From positions 11,972-75,971 of the forward strand of contig JAJZAT010000008.1 of assembly GCA_021799275.1 (NCBI GenBank): a stretch of DNA of 64,000 nt. Reading direction: 5' to 3'. This stretch comes from Bacillota bacterium (GTDB lineage: Bacteria > Bacillota > Sulfobacillia > JAJZYS01 > JAJYTV01). The position numbers were made by a program, and so were the translations under genes. Below are positions 38,859 to 48,938 of the stretch, one piece after another (within the stretch, counting starts at the first letter, position 1; each line of letters starts with the position of its first letter). The notes beneath the pieces are model-generated. The model made no database searches. It had not been told where the DNA came from and saw only the letters and a list, made by a program, of their open reading frames with translations.

Positions 38859-40100
38859 GTGCTGAGAAACGCCAATCTGGACGGACAAGCTGTCGACCTC
38901 GCGGTGCAGGACGGACGCATCGCGGCCATCGGCCAGGGCATCGGCGAGGGAGCAAGGGAGATCGACGCCCAAGGGCGGATGGTCTCGCCACCGCTGATCG
39001 AGTCCCATGTGCACCTCGACACGACGCTGACGGCGGGCGAGCCCAAGTGGAACGAGAGCGGCACGCTGTTCGAGGGCATCGCCACATGGGCCCTGCGCAA
39101 GGAATCCCTCACGGAGGAGGACGTCATCCGCCGCGCCACGGAGCTCCTGCGCTGGCAGGCGGCGCAGGGCGTTCTCTACGTGCGCTCGCACGTCGACACC
39201 ACGGATCCGGATCTCACGGCCGTCAAGGCTTTGCTCGCGGTCAAGCAGAAGGTGAAGGATCTCGTCGAGCTCCAGCTCGTCGCCTTCCCGCAGGAGGGCA
39301 TCCTCTCCTACCCGCAGGGCGCGGAGCTGCTCGAGGAGGCCTTGAGGCTCGGTGTCGACGTGGTCGGGGGCATCCCCCACTACGAGCTGACGCGCGACAT
39401 GGGCCTGGAGTCGGTCAAGATCACCTTCCAGCTCGCCGAGAAGTACGACCGCCGGATCGACATCCACTGCGACGAGACGGACGACCCGCAGTCCCGCTTC
39501 CTCGAGGTGGTCGCCGCGGAGACGATCCGCAGAGGCATGGGCAGCCGCGTCACGGCCAGCCACACCACCGCCTTCGGCAGCTACGACGACGCCTACGCCT
39601 TCAAGCTGATGGGCTTCCTGCGCCGCGCGGACCTGAACTTCGTCGCCAACCCGCTCGTCAATATCACCCTGCAGGGGCGCATGGACACCTACCCCAAGCG
39701 CCGGGGCATGACCCGCGTCAAGGAGCTCTGGCAGAACGGCCTCAACGTCAGCCTGGGGTACGACGACGTCATGGACCCCTGGTACTCCCTCGGCACGGGC
39801 AACATGCTCCAGCCCGCGCACATGGCCGTCCATGTCGGACAGATGACCGGCCGCAAGGAGGTCATGGCCTGCTACGACATGGTGACCCGCAACGCGGCCC
39901 GCACCCTTGGGGTGGAGGAGCGCTACGGACTCGAAGTCGGCAGACCGGCGGACTTCATCGTGCTCGACGCGCCCGACGCCTGGGACGTCCTGCGCCGGCT
40001 GGCCACCGTGACCGCCGTCGTCAAGGGCGGGCGCCTGATCGCGGAGGCGAGGCCCCCCGAGGTGCGCCTGCTTGGCGAGACCGTCACCTTCCAGCGCTGA
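38859..40100 (+). CDS. codA: cytosine deaminase-like amidohydrolase
   Basis: Strongly colinear with E. coli CodA (PPLIESHVHLDTT…, VAFPQEGILSYP, IDIHCDETDD, HTTA, FVANPLVNITLQGR, YPKRRGMTRVKEL). The start is uncertain: the best SD AAGGAGAG (38832-38839) is 8 nt before an in-frame ATC (38847), and the first canonical start is GTG at 38859. Confidence 0.8.
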   Translation: MLRNANLDGQAVDLAVQDGRIAAIGQGIGEGAREIDAQGRMVSPPLIESHVHLDTTLTAGEPKWNESGTLFEGIATWALRKESLTEEDVIRRATELLRWQAAQGVLYVRSHVDTTDPDLTAVKALLAVKQKVKDLVELQLVAFPQEGILSYPQGAELLEEALRLGVDVVGGIPHYELTRDMGLESVKITFQLAEKYDRRIDIHCDETDDPQSRFLEVVAAETIRRGMGSRVTASHTTAFGSYDDAYAFKLMGFLRRADLNFVANPLVNITLQGRMDTYPKRRGMTRVKELWQNGLNVSLGYDDVMDPWYSLGTGNMLQPAHMAVHVGQMTGRKEVMACYDMVTRNAARTLGVEERYGLEVGRPADFIVLDAPDAWDVLRRLATVTAVVKGGRLIAEARPPEVRLLGETVTFQR

Positions 40101-40176
40101 GCCGCGCCGGTCCCCCGGGCCGGGAAAGATGAGGCGGCCCGAGACCCATAGGGTCCCGGGCCGCCTCGCTTGCCTT

Positions 40177-41130
40177 TCAGGCGAGCGGCAGGCCGAACTC
40201 CGTCTGGATCTTCTTGCGCAGGTCCTGCGGCAGGTCGCCGTCCGCGGCCTCGAGGTTCTCCTCGAGTTGCTCGAGGTTCGAAGCCCCGACCAGGGCCGAG
40301 GAGACCTCCGGCAGGCGCAGCACCCAGCGGATCGCGAGCTGCGCCAGACTCAGGCCGGCCTGGCGCGCCACGCCGGCGAGCCACTCCACCTTGCCGTCGC
40401 TGCCGTCGAGGTAGCGCTGGACCATCGAGGCGGTCCGCGGGTCGGCGCCGCGGCTCCCTTCCGGAACCTTGCCGCCCAGGTACTTCCCTGTCAGCACGCC
40501 CTGGGCGAGCGGCGAGAAGGCGACGATGCCCATGCCGGCCGCCTTGGCCCGGGGCAGGACGTCGACCTCGATCTTCGGATCGAGCAGGTTGTACTGCACC
40601 TGGTCCGCGATCATGCGGCGCAGGCCGAGCCTTGTCGTCTCCTTGGCCGCGTGGCTGACTTCTTCCGCGGGCCACTCCGAGATCGCGCCATAGAGCACCT
40701 TGCCCTGCGCGACGAGGTCGTCGATAGCGCGCAAGGTTTCGTCGAGCGGCGTCTCGGGATCGGCGCGGTGGCAGTAGAAAATGTCGACGTAGTCGGTGCC
40801 GAGGCGCTCGAGCGAGCGCTCGACCGACTCGAGGACGTGCTTGCGGGAGAGCCCGCGGTCGTTCGGATCGTCGCTCTGCGGCCAGAAGGCCTTCGTCGCG
40901 ATGACGAGATGGTGACGCGGGAACGGCTCGAGCGCTCTGCGCAGAACCTTCTCCGCCTCGCCGCGCGCGTAGGCGTCCGCTGTGTCGAAGTAGTTGACAC
41001 CGAGTTCGAAGGCTCGCCTGACGCAGGTGATGGCCGACTCCTCCGCGACGCTGCCGCCGTAGGTGAGCCAGCTGCCGAGCGCGACCTCGGAAACCTTGAG
41101 GCCGCTCTTGCCCACATTCCTGTACCGCAT
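40177..41130 (-). CDS. aldo/keto reductase
   Basis: Start at MRYRNVGKSGLKVSEVALGSW, with the AKR catalytic tetrad region (DTADAY…K) and IPGTxxxxxLxxN-like C-terminus. Confidence 0.8.
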   Translation of the reverse strand: MRYRNVGKSGLKVSEVALGSWLTYGGSVAEESAITCVRRAFELGVNYFDTADAYARGEAEKVLRRALEPFPRHHLVIATKAFWPQSDDPNDRGLSRKHVLESVERSLERLGTDYVDIFYCHRADPETPLDETLRAIDDLVAQGKVLYGAISEWPAEEVSHAAKETTRLGLRRMIADQVQYNLLDPKIEVDVLPRAKAAGMGIVAFSPLAQGVLTGKYLGGKVPEGSRGADPRTASMVQRYLDGSDGKVEWLAGVARQAGLSLAQLAIRWVLRLPEVSSALVGASNLEQLEENLEAADGDLPQDLRKKIQTEFGLPLA

Positions 41131-41361
41131 AGGACCAGCTTCCCTTCCCGTAGCCTCCGCGTCCAAGGATGCCACGGAAGGGCGGCGGATGGCAAAGCAG
41201 GCGGGGCGTCACCAAGAGACGGTCGCACCCACATCCAGCAGGAAGCCGGTGGCCTCGTTCGAATGAGTCAGAAACCGTCCGCAGTTCGGGAGATCCGCCT
41301 CGCAGCGGGGACAAGCCTTCAGACGCGCAGCAAAGATGACCGAGCCGAGGGGGAAGGCGAC

Positions 41362-42969
41362 GTGTCCACCGAAGGGCAGCACAAATTTCGCAGGGAGCTC
41401 GGGCTCACCGATCTGACCATGGCGACGCTCGGCGGCATCATCGGCTCGGGCTGGCTCTTCGCGGCGCAAGGGGCGTCAACCTACGCCGGGCCCGCGGCCA
41501 TCGTCTCCTGGCTGATCGGGGCTGTCGCCGTCGTCATCCTGGGTCTGACGTTCGCGGAGCTGGCCGGCATGTTGCCAGAGGCCGGCGGCGTCATCCGGTA
41601 CCCCCACTACTCCCACGGCAGCTTTGTCAGCTTCATGATCGGCTGGGCCGCCCTCATCTCCTGGGCCGGACTCCCCTCGATCGAGGCCGAGGCGGTCATC
41701 CAGTACGCCTCGAGTTACATTCCTGGCATCTACAGCATCGGCCAGGGTGCCCTCACAGCCATCGGCCTTCTCGTGGCCCTCCTCCTGGTCACACTCTTCT
41801 TCCTGATCAACTCAGTTGGCATCAAGGTGTACGCCAGGGTCAACACTCCGCTCACGTTTCTCAAGATCGCCGCTCCGGTGACGACGGCGATCGCACTCCT
41901 GGCGACGAGCTTCCACCCCGCCAACTTCAGTCTGGCCGGCGGCTTCATGCCATTCGGTTGGGCCGGGGTCTTCTCCGCCGTGTCCACCGGCGGCATCATC
42001 TTCACCTTCACGGGCTTTCGGCCGATGTTCGATCTCGCGGGCGAAGCCAAGCGTCCGCAGCACGACATCCCGCGCGCCTTCATGCTGGCCATGCTCGCCG
42101 CTGGTGTCCTCTATCTCGCGCTGCAGCTCGCGTTCACCGGGGCGATCCCCGCCGCCGACCTCGGGCACGGCTGGGCCAAGCTCGCCTTCTCCTCACCGTT
42201 CGCGAACCTGGCAGTGGCGCTCAACCTGCCCTGGCTGGCCATCGTCCTGTACGGCGACGCCATCATCTCGCCGAGCGGCACTTCCCTCACCTATGCGGCC
42301 GCGGTACCGCGCGCCTTCTATGCCTACAGCGGCAACCGCCACTTCCCCTCCATCTTCCGACGGCTGAGCGCACGCGGTCTGCCGACGCCGGCGATGATCC
42401 TCAGCTACGTGGTGGCACTCGTGTTCCTGCTGCCCTTCCCTTCCTGGCAGAGAATGGTCGGCATCCTCTCGGGCGCCACCATCCTGACCTACATGATCGC
42501 CCCTGTCACGTTGGCCGTGCTGCGCCGCTCGGCACCTCAGTTCCGCCGGCCGTTCCGCCTACCTGGTGCGTCGTGGCTCGGACCGATCGCCTTCGTAATC
42601 GGCAGCATGATCTTCTACTGGACAGGCTGGCCCACCGACGGCATTCTGCTCGTCGCCACGCTGATCGGGCTCATCCTGTACTTCCACTACTTCACCCGCC
42701 AGAGGACGCCCGCGACGGACCTGCGCCGCGGGATCTGGCTCGTCGTCTACTTCCTCTTCGGCCTTGCCATGTCGTATGCCGGCAGTTTTGGCGGCCGAGC
42801 CTGGGTGCCGGCGCCGTGGGACACCGTCCTCGTCGCCGTAGCGAGCGTCGGCTTCTACTACTGGGCCGTGGCAGCAGGTGGAGGTTCCGAGCTGCTGGCG
42901 GAGGCGGGCCAGGTGGCGGCGGAGGCGGCCGCCGTCGAGGACGCGGCGGCAGGTTCCGTAGGGGACTGA
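41362..42969 (+). CDS. APC-family amino acid permease
   Basis: GTG at 41362 follows GAGGGGGAAGG; an alternative ATG lies at 41263. 12 TM helices and a GSGWLF-type APC signature. Confidence 0.8.
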   Translation: MSTEGQHKFRRELGLTDLTMATLGGIIGSGWLFAAQGASTYAGPAAIVSWLIGAVAVVILGLTFAELAGMLPEAGGVIRYPHYSHGSFVSFMIGWAALISWAGLPSIEAEAVIQYASSYIPGIYSIGQGALTAIGLLVALLLVTLFFLINSVGIKVYARVNTPLTFLKIAAPVTTAIALLATSFHPANFSLAGGFMPFGWAGVFSAVSTGGIIFTFTGFRPMFDLAGEAKRPQHDIPRAFMLAMLAAGVLYLALQLAFTGAIPAADLGHGWAKLAFSSPFANLAVALNLPWLAIVLYGDAIISPSGTSLTYAAAVPRAFYAYSGNRHFPSIFRRLSARGLPTPAMILSYVVALVFLLPFPSWQRMVGILSGATILTYMIAPVTLAVLRRSAPQFRRPFRLPGASWLGPIAFVIGSMIFYWTGWPTDGILLVATLIGLILYFHYFTRQRTPATDLRRGIWLVVYFLFGLAMSYAGSFGGRAWVPAPWDTVLVAVASVGFYYWAVAAGGGSELLAEAGQVAAEAAAVEDAAAGSVGD

Positions 42970-42991
42970 GCCGCAGCTTGTCGATCTGAGG

Positions 42992-43804
42992 CTACTCCGG
43001 TGTCCCCTCGAGCCCCGCGATGAACTCCTCCAGGTGTTCTGCGGTCTCGAGCTGCGGCCTCAGTACGCCGAGCACCTGCCGCTTCACCTCGACGAACTCG
43101 GGGGAGAGGACGAGATCCCACTCGCGCGGCCGCTGGAAAGGGACCGCAAGATCGAGCGCCACGCTGCCAGGCCTGGCCGTCATGACCACGACGCGGTCGC
43201 CGAGCAGGATCGCCTCCTCGACGTCATGGGTGACGAAGAGCACCGTCGGGCGCAGGGTGCGCCAAAGTCGCAGCAGGAAGCGCTGCATCTCATTCCGGGT
43301 CTGGGCGTCGAGCGCACCGAACGGCTCATCCATCAGCATCGTCTCGGGCTGCGTAATGAGCGCCCGCGCGATCGCGACTCGCTGGCGCATGCCGCCCGAA
43401 AGCTCGTAGGGAGCGTGCCTCGAGAACGCGTCGAGTCCCATGATGCCGATGTAGTCCCGGACCCTGCGCTCGTACTCGGCGCCCCGCATGCCATGGATCC
43501 TGAGCCCGAAGCCGATGTTCTCCCTGACGTTCAGCCAGGGGTAGAGGGCGGCCTGCTGGAACACCACGGCACGATCGGCTCCGGGCCCCGCCACGCGTTG
43601 GCCGTTGATCTCGATGCTGCCCTTGGACGGGAACTCGAATCCCGCCACCAGGTGCAGGAGCGTGGACTTGCCGCAGCCGCTCGGCCCCACGACCGAGACG
43701 AACTCGCCCTCGGCCACGTCCAGATCCACGCCGCGCAGCGCGGGGACGGCGTGCCGTCCCCTGCCGCCCGGATAGACCATGTGCACGTCATGGATCGCGA
43801 TCAT
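42992..43804 (-). CDS. ABC transporter ATP-binding protein (nitrate/sulfonate/taurine NitT/TauT type)
   Basis: Walker A GPSGCGKST, LSGGMRQR signature, Walker B LLMDEPFGALD. Confidence 0.85.
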   Translation of the reverse strand: MIAIHDVHMVYPGGRGRHAVPALRGVDLDVAEGEFVSVVGPSGCGKSTLLHLVAGFEFPSKGSIEINGQRVAGPGADRAVVFQQAALYPWLNVRENIGFGLRIHGMRGAEYERRVRDYIGIMGLDAFSRHAPYELSGGMRQRVAIARALITQPETMLMDEPFGALDAQTRNEMQRFLLRLWRTLRPTVLFVTHDVEEAILLGDRVVVMTARPGSVALDLAVPFQRPREWDLVLSPEFVEVKRQVLGVLRPQLETAEHLEEFIAGLEGTPE

Positions 43805-43820
43805 AGGCCCGTCGCCCCGC

Positions 43821-44897
43821 TCACTGCCCCGCCGCCACGGCCTGCGCGTAGGAGGGGTCCACGACGCCGCTCATGTCCTTCGGAGGCGTCGAGATCTGGC
43901 GGATGCGGTAGAGATACTTGGCGGCTGCATTGAGCGACACGGTGACGAGCGCGCTCTTCACGCCCCCGCCCTTGCCGAGTCCCTCGGGGCCGATCTGATC
44001 CTGCACGTTGTAGAGCTTGTAGCCCTTCAGTTCCGTCTTGGCCAAGGCGACGGTGATGCCGGCCTGCTTCGCCATGTCCCGCACTGCCTGCGCCGGGTGG
44101 CTCTGGTAGAACGCGAAGCCAGCCTGCTCCGCCTTGATGAAGCCGAGCACGAGCTGGCGGTGGGACTTCGCCCAGCCGGTCTGGACGACGGCCAGGTTGA
44201 AGATCGGCGCCTGCTGCGCGACGTCCTGGTCGTACATGATCGCGATGCCGCCGTGGCGCAGCATCGTGTCGAACGCGGGATCCCAGACGTAGGCGGCGTC
44301 GATTTGACCGCGCTCCCAGGCCGACACCATGTCGGGCGGGCTCATGTTGGCGAACTTGATCGCGGAGGCGGGAATGCCCCTTTGCGCCATGGCCGTCGCC
44401 ACCTCGAACGGCGATGTGGAGCCGACCACCATGGCGATGCTCTTGCCCTCGAGATCCTTGAGCGAACGAACGCCGGAAGCCTGACGCACCACGAGGCCCT
44501 CGTCGGTGGTGTAGCGCTCCTGCGCCCAGATCACCTTGAGCGGCACCCCCTGCCCGATGGCCGCGGCCGCGGGCGGGTTGCCGAGCCCCGTCATGAACTG
44601 CAGGCTGCCCGACGCCAGGGCGGCCAGCGACGCCGGGCCGGAGCTGAAGTACCTGAGCTCGACATGGGCTCCCTTCATGTACTTCTGGAAGAACCCTTCG
44701 GCCATCGCCGCCATCTCGGGATCCGCGCCGTTGTTCTCGTAGCCGATCACCACGGTCGGCAGATGCTTCGCCGACGTGGGCGCTGTCTTGCCGCCGCAAC
44801 CGGCGAGCAGCAGGCTGGCGGCGACGCCCATCGCGATGGCCGCCATGCTCGCGCGAAAACCTCTTCGCATCGTCCCGATCCCCCAATTCCTTGCCAC
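43821..44897 (-). CDS. ABC substrate-binding lipoprotein (NMT1/THI5, sulfonate/taurine type)
   Basis: Lipoprotein signal LLLAGCGG with a SsuA/TauA-like fold. Confidence 0.8.
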   Translation of the reverse strand: MARNWGIGTMRRGFRASMAAIAMGVAASLLLAGCGGKTAPTSAKHLPTVVIGYENNGADPEMAAMAEGFFQKYMKGAHVELRYFSSGPASLAALASGSLQFMTGLGNPPAAAAIGQGVPLKVIWAQERYTTDEGLVVRQASGVRSLKDLEGKSIAMVVGSTSPFEVATAMAQRGIPASAIKFANMSPPDMVSAWERGQIDAAYVWDPAFDTMLRHGGIAIMYDQDVAQQAPIFNLAVVQTGWAKSHRQLVLGFIKAEQAGFAFYQSHPAQAVRDMAKQAGITVALAKTELKGYKLYNVQDQIGPEGLGKGGGVKSALVTVSLNAAAKYLYRIRQISTPPKDMSGVVDPSYAQAVAAGQ

Positions 44898-44909
44898 CCT
44901 CGCGAACCC

Positions 44910-45749
44910 TCACGCCTTGCCCTTCCAGGGGACCAAGGCGTGTTCCAGGAGCCGGATGAGAAGGTCCATCGCGTAGCCGATGAGTCCGATCGCCAGGATC
45001 GCGATGAAGATGATCCCGACCTGCAGTTGCTGGCCGGCCTCCTGCACGAGCCAGCCGAGGCCCGCCGTGGCGGCGATGATCTCGGCCGCGACGAGGCAGG
45101 TCCAGCCGACGCCGATACCTACGCGCATGCCGGTGAACACCTCGGGCAACGCCGAGGGCAGCGTCACATGACGCAGGATCTGCCAGCGCGTGGCCCCGAG
45201 ACACTGCGCAACTCGGATCCGCTGCCGCGGCGTGGAACGGACGCCGGAGATGGTGTTGAGGATAATGACGGGAATCGTGCCCAGCATGATGACGAGACCC
45301 TTCGAGGTTTCCCCGATGCCGAACCAGAGGACGAGGAGCGGCACGAGCGCCAGGGGTGGCACCGGCCGCACGAACTGCAGCAGAGGGTCGATCGCCTGGA
45401 AGGCGACCTCGCTCGATGCCATCAGGATGCCGATGGGCACGCCGACCACCACGGCGATCAGGAACCCGGCCACAATGCGGGCCGACGAGACCCAGATGTC
45501 GGTGAGCAGTGTCTGGCCGCCGTACCCGACCGTGAAGATTCTCGGGATCTCCTGGAGCACCGAGAGCGGTGACGGCAGCAGCAAGGCGGGGAACAGGTGG
45601 ACGAGCGTCAGGGCTTGCCAGAGCGCGATGAGCGCCAAGGCGACCAGGAAGGGGATGCCGCGTTTGAGCCCCGTTGGGCGCACCTCCTCCGTGCCGGTCG
45701 CATCACGGCGGGCGACCTTTTGGCACGCGGCGGGGACCAGGCCCCGCAA
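44910..45749 (-). CDS. ABC transporter permease (NitT/TauT family)
   Basis: 6 TM helices and a BPD_transp_1 EAA loop. The start is uncertain: TTG at 45749 or an internal GTG. Confidence 0.75.
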   Translation of the reverse strand: MRGLVPAACQKVARRDATGTEEVRPTGLKRGIPFLVALALIALWQALTLVHLFPALLLPSPLSVLQEIPRIFTVGYGGQTLLTDIWVSSARIVAGFLIAVVVGVPIGILMASSEVAFQAIDPLLQFVRPVPPLALVPLLVLWFGIGETSKGLVIMLGTIPVIILNTISGVRSTPRQRIRVAQCLGATRWQILRHVTLPSALPEVFTGMRVGIGVGWTCLVAAEIIAATAGLGWLVQEAGQQLQVGIIFIAILAIGLIGYAMDLLIRLLEHALVPWKGKA

Positions 45750-46165
45750 CCCGCGCGCGCCTTGCTACATGGATACGCGCGAGCCTTGCCCTGGGGAACC
45801 ATCGGAGCCCCGATCAGCGTGAAAGATGGCAGACCGTGTCGCCGGCTGCGCCCTCGGAGCCAGACGTCCGACCGCAGCCGTCATTGACGGGGGCGGCCGG
45901 CGATGCTAACCTGCTGCACACGACCCGCGTAGTCGGCGACCACCGCATGACGGCCACGAGGCCCCCGGGGAGGCCGGGACGGCGTCCTCCAGCCTCGCCG
46001 CCAAGCGGGCTGAGCGAGCCACGCGCGGCATGTGCGCATAGGCAGTGACATATCGCCCCCCCCGCGCTGCGGGGGCGCTTGAGCAAGAGGTCCTGGCACG
46101 GCGGCGGCCCCGAGTCGCCGCTTGTGGTATGTCCCGCGTGCCGAACCGTCCGAAGGAGGAACCCC

Positions 46166-48151
46166 GTGTCCAGAGACGAAGCGATCCAGCCCATCGCGGG
46201 GGAGCAGCGCCTCAGCCTGATCGGCGTCATGCTCGCCATCTTCCTCGCGGCCCTCGACCAGACGATCGTCGCGACCGCCCTGCCGAAGATCGTCGTCGAC
46301 CTGCACGGCACCAACCTCTACGCCTGGGTGGCGACGGCCTATCTTCTGGCCTCCACGGTTGCCCTGCCCATCTTCGGCCGGCTCGCGGAACTCGTCGCGC
46401 GCAAGTGGGTACTGCTCGTGGCGGTGGCGATCTTCCTCGCGGGATCCGCCCTCTCAGGGGCCTCCAACACGATGATGGCCCTGATCGCCTTCCGCTCGAT
46501 CCAGGGCGTCGGATCGGGCGGCATCTTCGCGGTGGGCATGACGGTGCTCGGCCTCCTCTTCCCGCCCCGCCAGCGCGGGCGGATCCAGGGGCTTTTCGGG
46601 GCCGTCTTCGGCATCGCCAACGTGCTGGGTCCCTGGCTCGGCGGCCTCCTTACGGACCAGCTCTCCTGGCACTGGATCTTCTACGTCAACATGCCGTTCG
46701 GTCTTGTGGCGCTCTACTTCCTCGCGGTGCATATGCCGCATCTGGAGCCGTCCGCGAGGCACCGCTTCGACTATGTGGGCGCACTCGCCGTCGCGGTGAT
46801 GACGGTCCCGCTGCTGCTCGCCCTCTCCTGGGGCGGCAGCACCTACGCCTGGGACTCACCGACGATCCTCGGCCTCTTCGCCCTGACGCTGATCGGCATC
46901 GTCGGCTTCATCCTCGCCGAGTCGCGGAACCCGGAGCCCCTCTTCGTGCTCAATCTTTTCCGTGGCACGACGTTCCGATGGGCCATGGTCGGCAGTTTCT
47001 TCTACGGGGCCGCCTTCCTCGGAGCCCTGCTCTTCCTGCCCTTCTACCTGGTGCAGGTCAAGGGCATATCCGCGACCAATTCGGGGCTGTCGCTGACGCC
47101 CCTGACCCTTGGCGTCGTGGTCGGCAGTTTTGTCACGGGTCAGCTCGCATCCAAGCTAGGTCGCTACAAGGGCCTGCTGATCCTTGGCCTCGCGTGGCTC
47201 ACCGCCATGCTCTTCCTCTTCCACGCCGTCCTGACCCAGACCACGCCGCTGTGGCAGATCTGGCTTGTCATGGTGCTGGTCGGTGTCGGCATGGGACCAG
47301 GCATGCCCACCTACACCCTGGCGGTGCAGAACGCCGTGCCCGTGAACCGCCTCGGCCAGGCGTCGAGCGGCGCGCAGTTCTTCCGGCAGATCGGCTCGTC
47401 GCTCGGCGCGGCGCTGATGGGCGCCGTACTCGTGGCGGCGCTGCAGTCCGACGTGCCGAGGTACCTGCCACCCACCGTGCGCTCCGCGCAGCAACAGTTC
47501 TCAGGCAGCCAGGTCGGCGCGTCGGGCAACCAGTCCATCGCCACCACCGTGCGTAGCAAATTCGGCAAGGCGAAGCGCGAGATCGACGCGGCGCTCGCCG
47601 GCCGGCCCGGCGCCTATGCGGCCGTGCAGCGCGATCCGGATATCCCCAAGTCCTACAAGGCCTCGATCGCCCGGGGCGGCGTGCCGGCAGAGGTGCGCCA
47701 GGGCTTCACAAGGACGCTTACACTGATCAAGTCCGCGCTCGCCGGCAGTCCCGCGGCTGAGGTGGCCGTCCGCCGGGATCCTCAGCTGCCCGCGGCGCTC
47801 AAGACGGCCCTTGGTCACCCGCCGACGAATGCCGCCGCGCGCGCGGCGATCCTTGCCTCTGTACGGGCCGAGATGGCGGCGGCCGAGCCGAAGGCGGCCG
47901 CCGCCGCCCTGCACCAGGCGCAGGCAGGGGTGAACGGGGCCTTCTCGAAGCTCGAACGGCAGATCACCCGTGATCTCGAGCGCGGGTTCAACTTCGGCAT
48001 CACCGACGCGGTGCGCCAGATCTTCCTTTACGCGTCCCTGCTGGCCCTGCTCGCGCTGATCTTTGCCTTCCTGCTCCCCAACACGGAGCTCAGCCACGAG
48101 CATCAGCCCGCGGACCACGGGGCGACCGCCAGGCCGCAGCCGGAGAACTGA
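46166..48151 (+). CDS. DHA2-family MFS efflux transporter with a long Ala-rich hydrophilic insertion before the final TM helix
   Basis: GTG at 46166 follows AAGGAGG. 13 TM helices with the EmrB/DHA2 motifs, then ~190 hydrophilic Ala-rich residues, then a final TM helix. Confidence 0.75.
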   Translation: MSRDEAIQPIAGEQRLSLIGVMLAIFLAALDQTIVATALPKIVVDLHGTNLYAWVATAYLLASTVALPIFGRLAELVARKWVLLVAVAIFLAGSALSGASNTMMALIAFRSIQGVGSGGIFAVGMTVLGLLFPPRQRGRIQGLFGAVFGIANVLGPWLGGLLTDQLSWHWIFYVNMPFGLVALYFLAVHMPHLEPSARHRFDYVGALAVAVMTVPLLLALSWGGSTYAWDSPTILGLFALTLIGIVGFILAESRNPEPLFVLNLFRGTTFRWAMVGSFFYGAAFLGALLFLPFYLVQVKGISATNSGLSLTPLTLGVVVGSFVTGQLASKLGRYKGLLILGLAWLTAMLFLFHAVLTQTTPLWQIWLVMVLVGVGMGPGMPTYTLAVQNAVPVNRLGQASSGAQFFRQIGSSLGAALMGAVLVAALQSDVPRYLPPTVRSAQQQFSGSQVGASGNQSIATTVRSKFGKAKREIDAALAGRPGAYAAVQRDPDIPKSYKASIARGGVPAEVRQGFTRTLTLIKSALAGSPAAEVAVRRDPQLPAALKTALGHPPTNAAARAAILASVRAEMAAAEPKAAAAALHQAQAGVNGAFSKLERQITRDLERGFNFGITDAVRQIFLYASLLALLALIFAFLLPNTELSHEHQPADHGATARPQPEN

Positions 48152-48362
48152 GGCACCTTCCGTACAAGTCGAGACCTGGCGCCCGCCTGGCGCCAGGTCT
48201 CGTAGGCCCACCCCTCATCACCGTCGTCAGCAAGGACGTGCCGATGAACTCGGCAACATGCGTCTTCACGTGCTCCGGATCTAGTGTGGGCCTGCGGGCC
48301 TCGACGCTTCCCGGACATGGAATGGAGCCGCCGTCCAAGTGCAATTGTTCCGCGTGTCCGAG

Positions 48363-48938
48363 TCAGTTCAAGACGCGCAGCGCACGGAGTTCCGACATGA
48401 GCCGGCGGACGTCGCGGGACGTCCTCGGGATCAGCCAGACCTGCCCCGTTGGCGCCGCATCGCAGGCCGCCATGAGCTTGCCTCTCGACCTGCGCGGAAA
48501 GTCCCAGATCCAGCGCAGGAACTCGAAATCGAAGTGTTCCGGACAGCCCGCGCCAAGGTCGGGACGCACCCGCCCGTAGAGGCGCACGCTACGCCAGAAT
48601 ACGCGCCAGAGGGCGACACGGCGTGGCAGGTCGAGGAAGAGAACCGCGTCGGCGCGCTTCAGCCTGATCTCAAGCGTCTGGCTGTAATTTCCATCCATGA
48701 TCCAGCGGTCCTTGGCCGCCAGTTCCAGCTGCAGCCCCGCCCACTCCGCCTCCGGGCGCGCCTGCCAACCGGGCAGCCAGTGGAGCGCGTCGAGGTGAAC
48801 GAGCGGCAGGCCGAGGATGCGCGCGATGCCCCTGGCGGCGGTCGACTTGCCCGAGCCGCCGCAGCCGAGCACGGCGATGCGGTGGCTTGACGCGAGTCGC
48901 CGCGCGGCGGCGCCGGCATCGAAGCGGGGCGGTCTCAT
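48363..48938 (-). CDS. P-loop NTPase, 'DNA topology modulation protein'/adenylate-kinase-like family
   Basis: Walker A RIAVLGCGGSGKST and an AK-like core. 4-nt overlap with the upstream receiver-domain gene. Confidence 0.6.
   Translation of the reverse strand: MRPPRFDAGAAARRLASSHRIAVLGCGGSGKSTAARGIARILGLPLVHLDALHWLPGWQARPEAEWAGLQLELAAKDRWIMDGNYSQTLEIRLKRADAVLFLDLPRRVALWRVFWRSVRLYGRVRPDLGAGCPEHFDFEFLRWIWDFPRRSRGKLMAACDAAPTGQVWLIPRTSRDVRRLMSELRALRVLN

Noticed and set aside
40072-41361. Upstream extension of the APC permease ORF
   Set aside because: It overlaps the aldo/keto reductase gene on the opposite strand. Permease homology and a ribosome-binding site appear only near 41263-41362.
48339-48890. 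183-aa + strand ORF
   Set aside because: Antisense to the P-loop NTPase gene, which has a clear Walker A motif. Junk composition.
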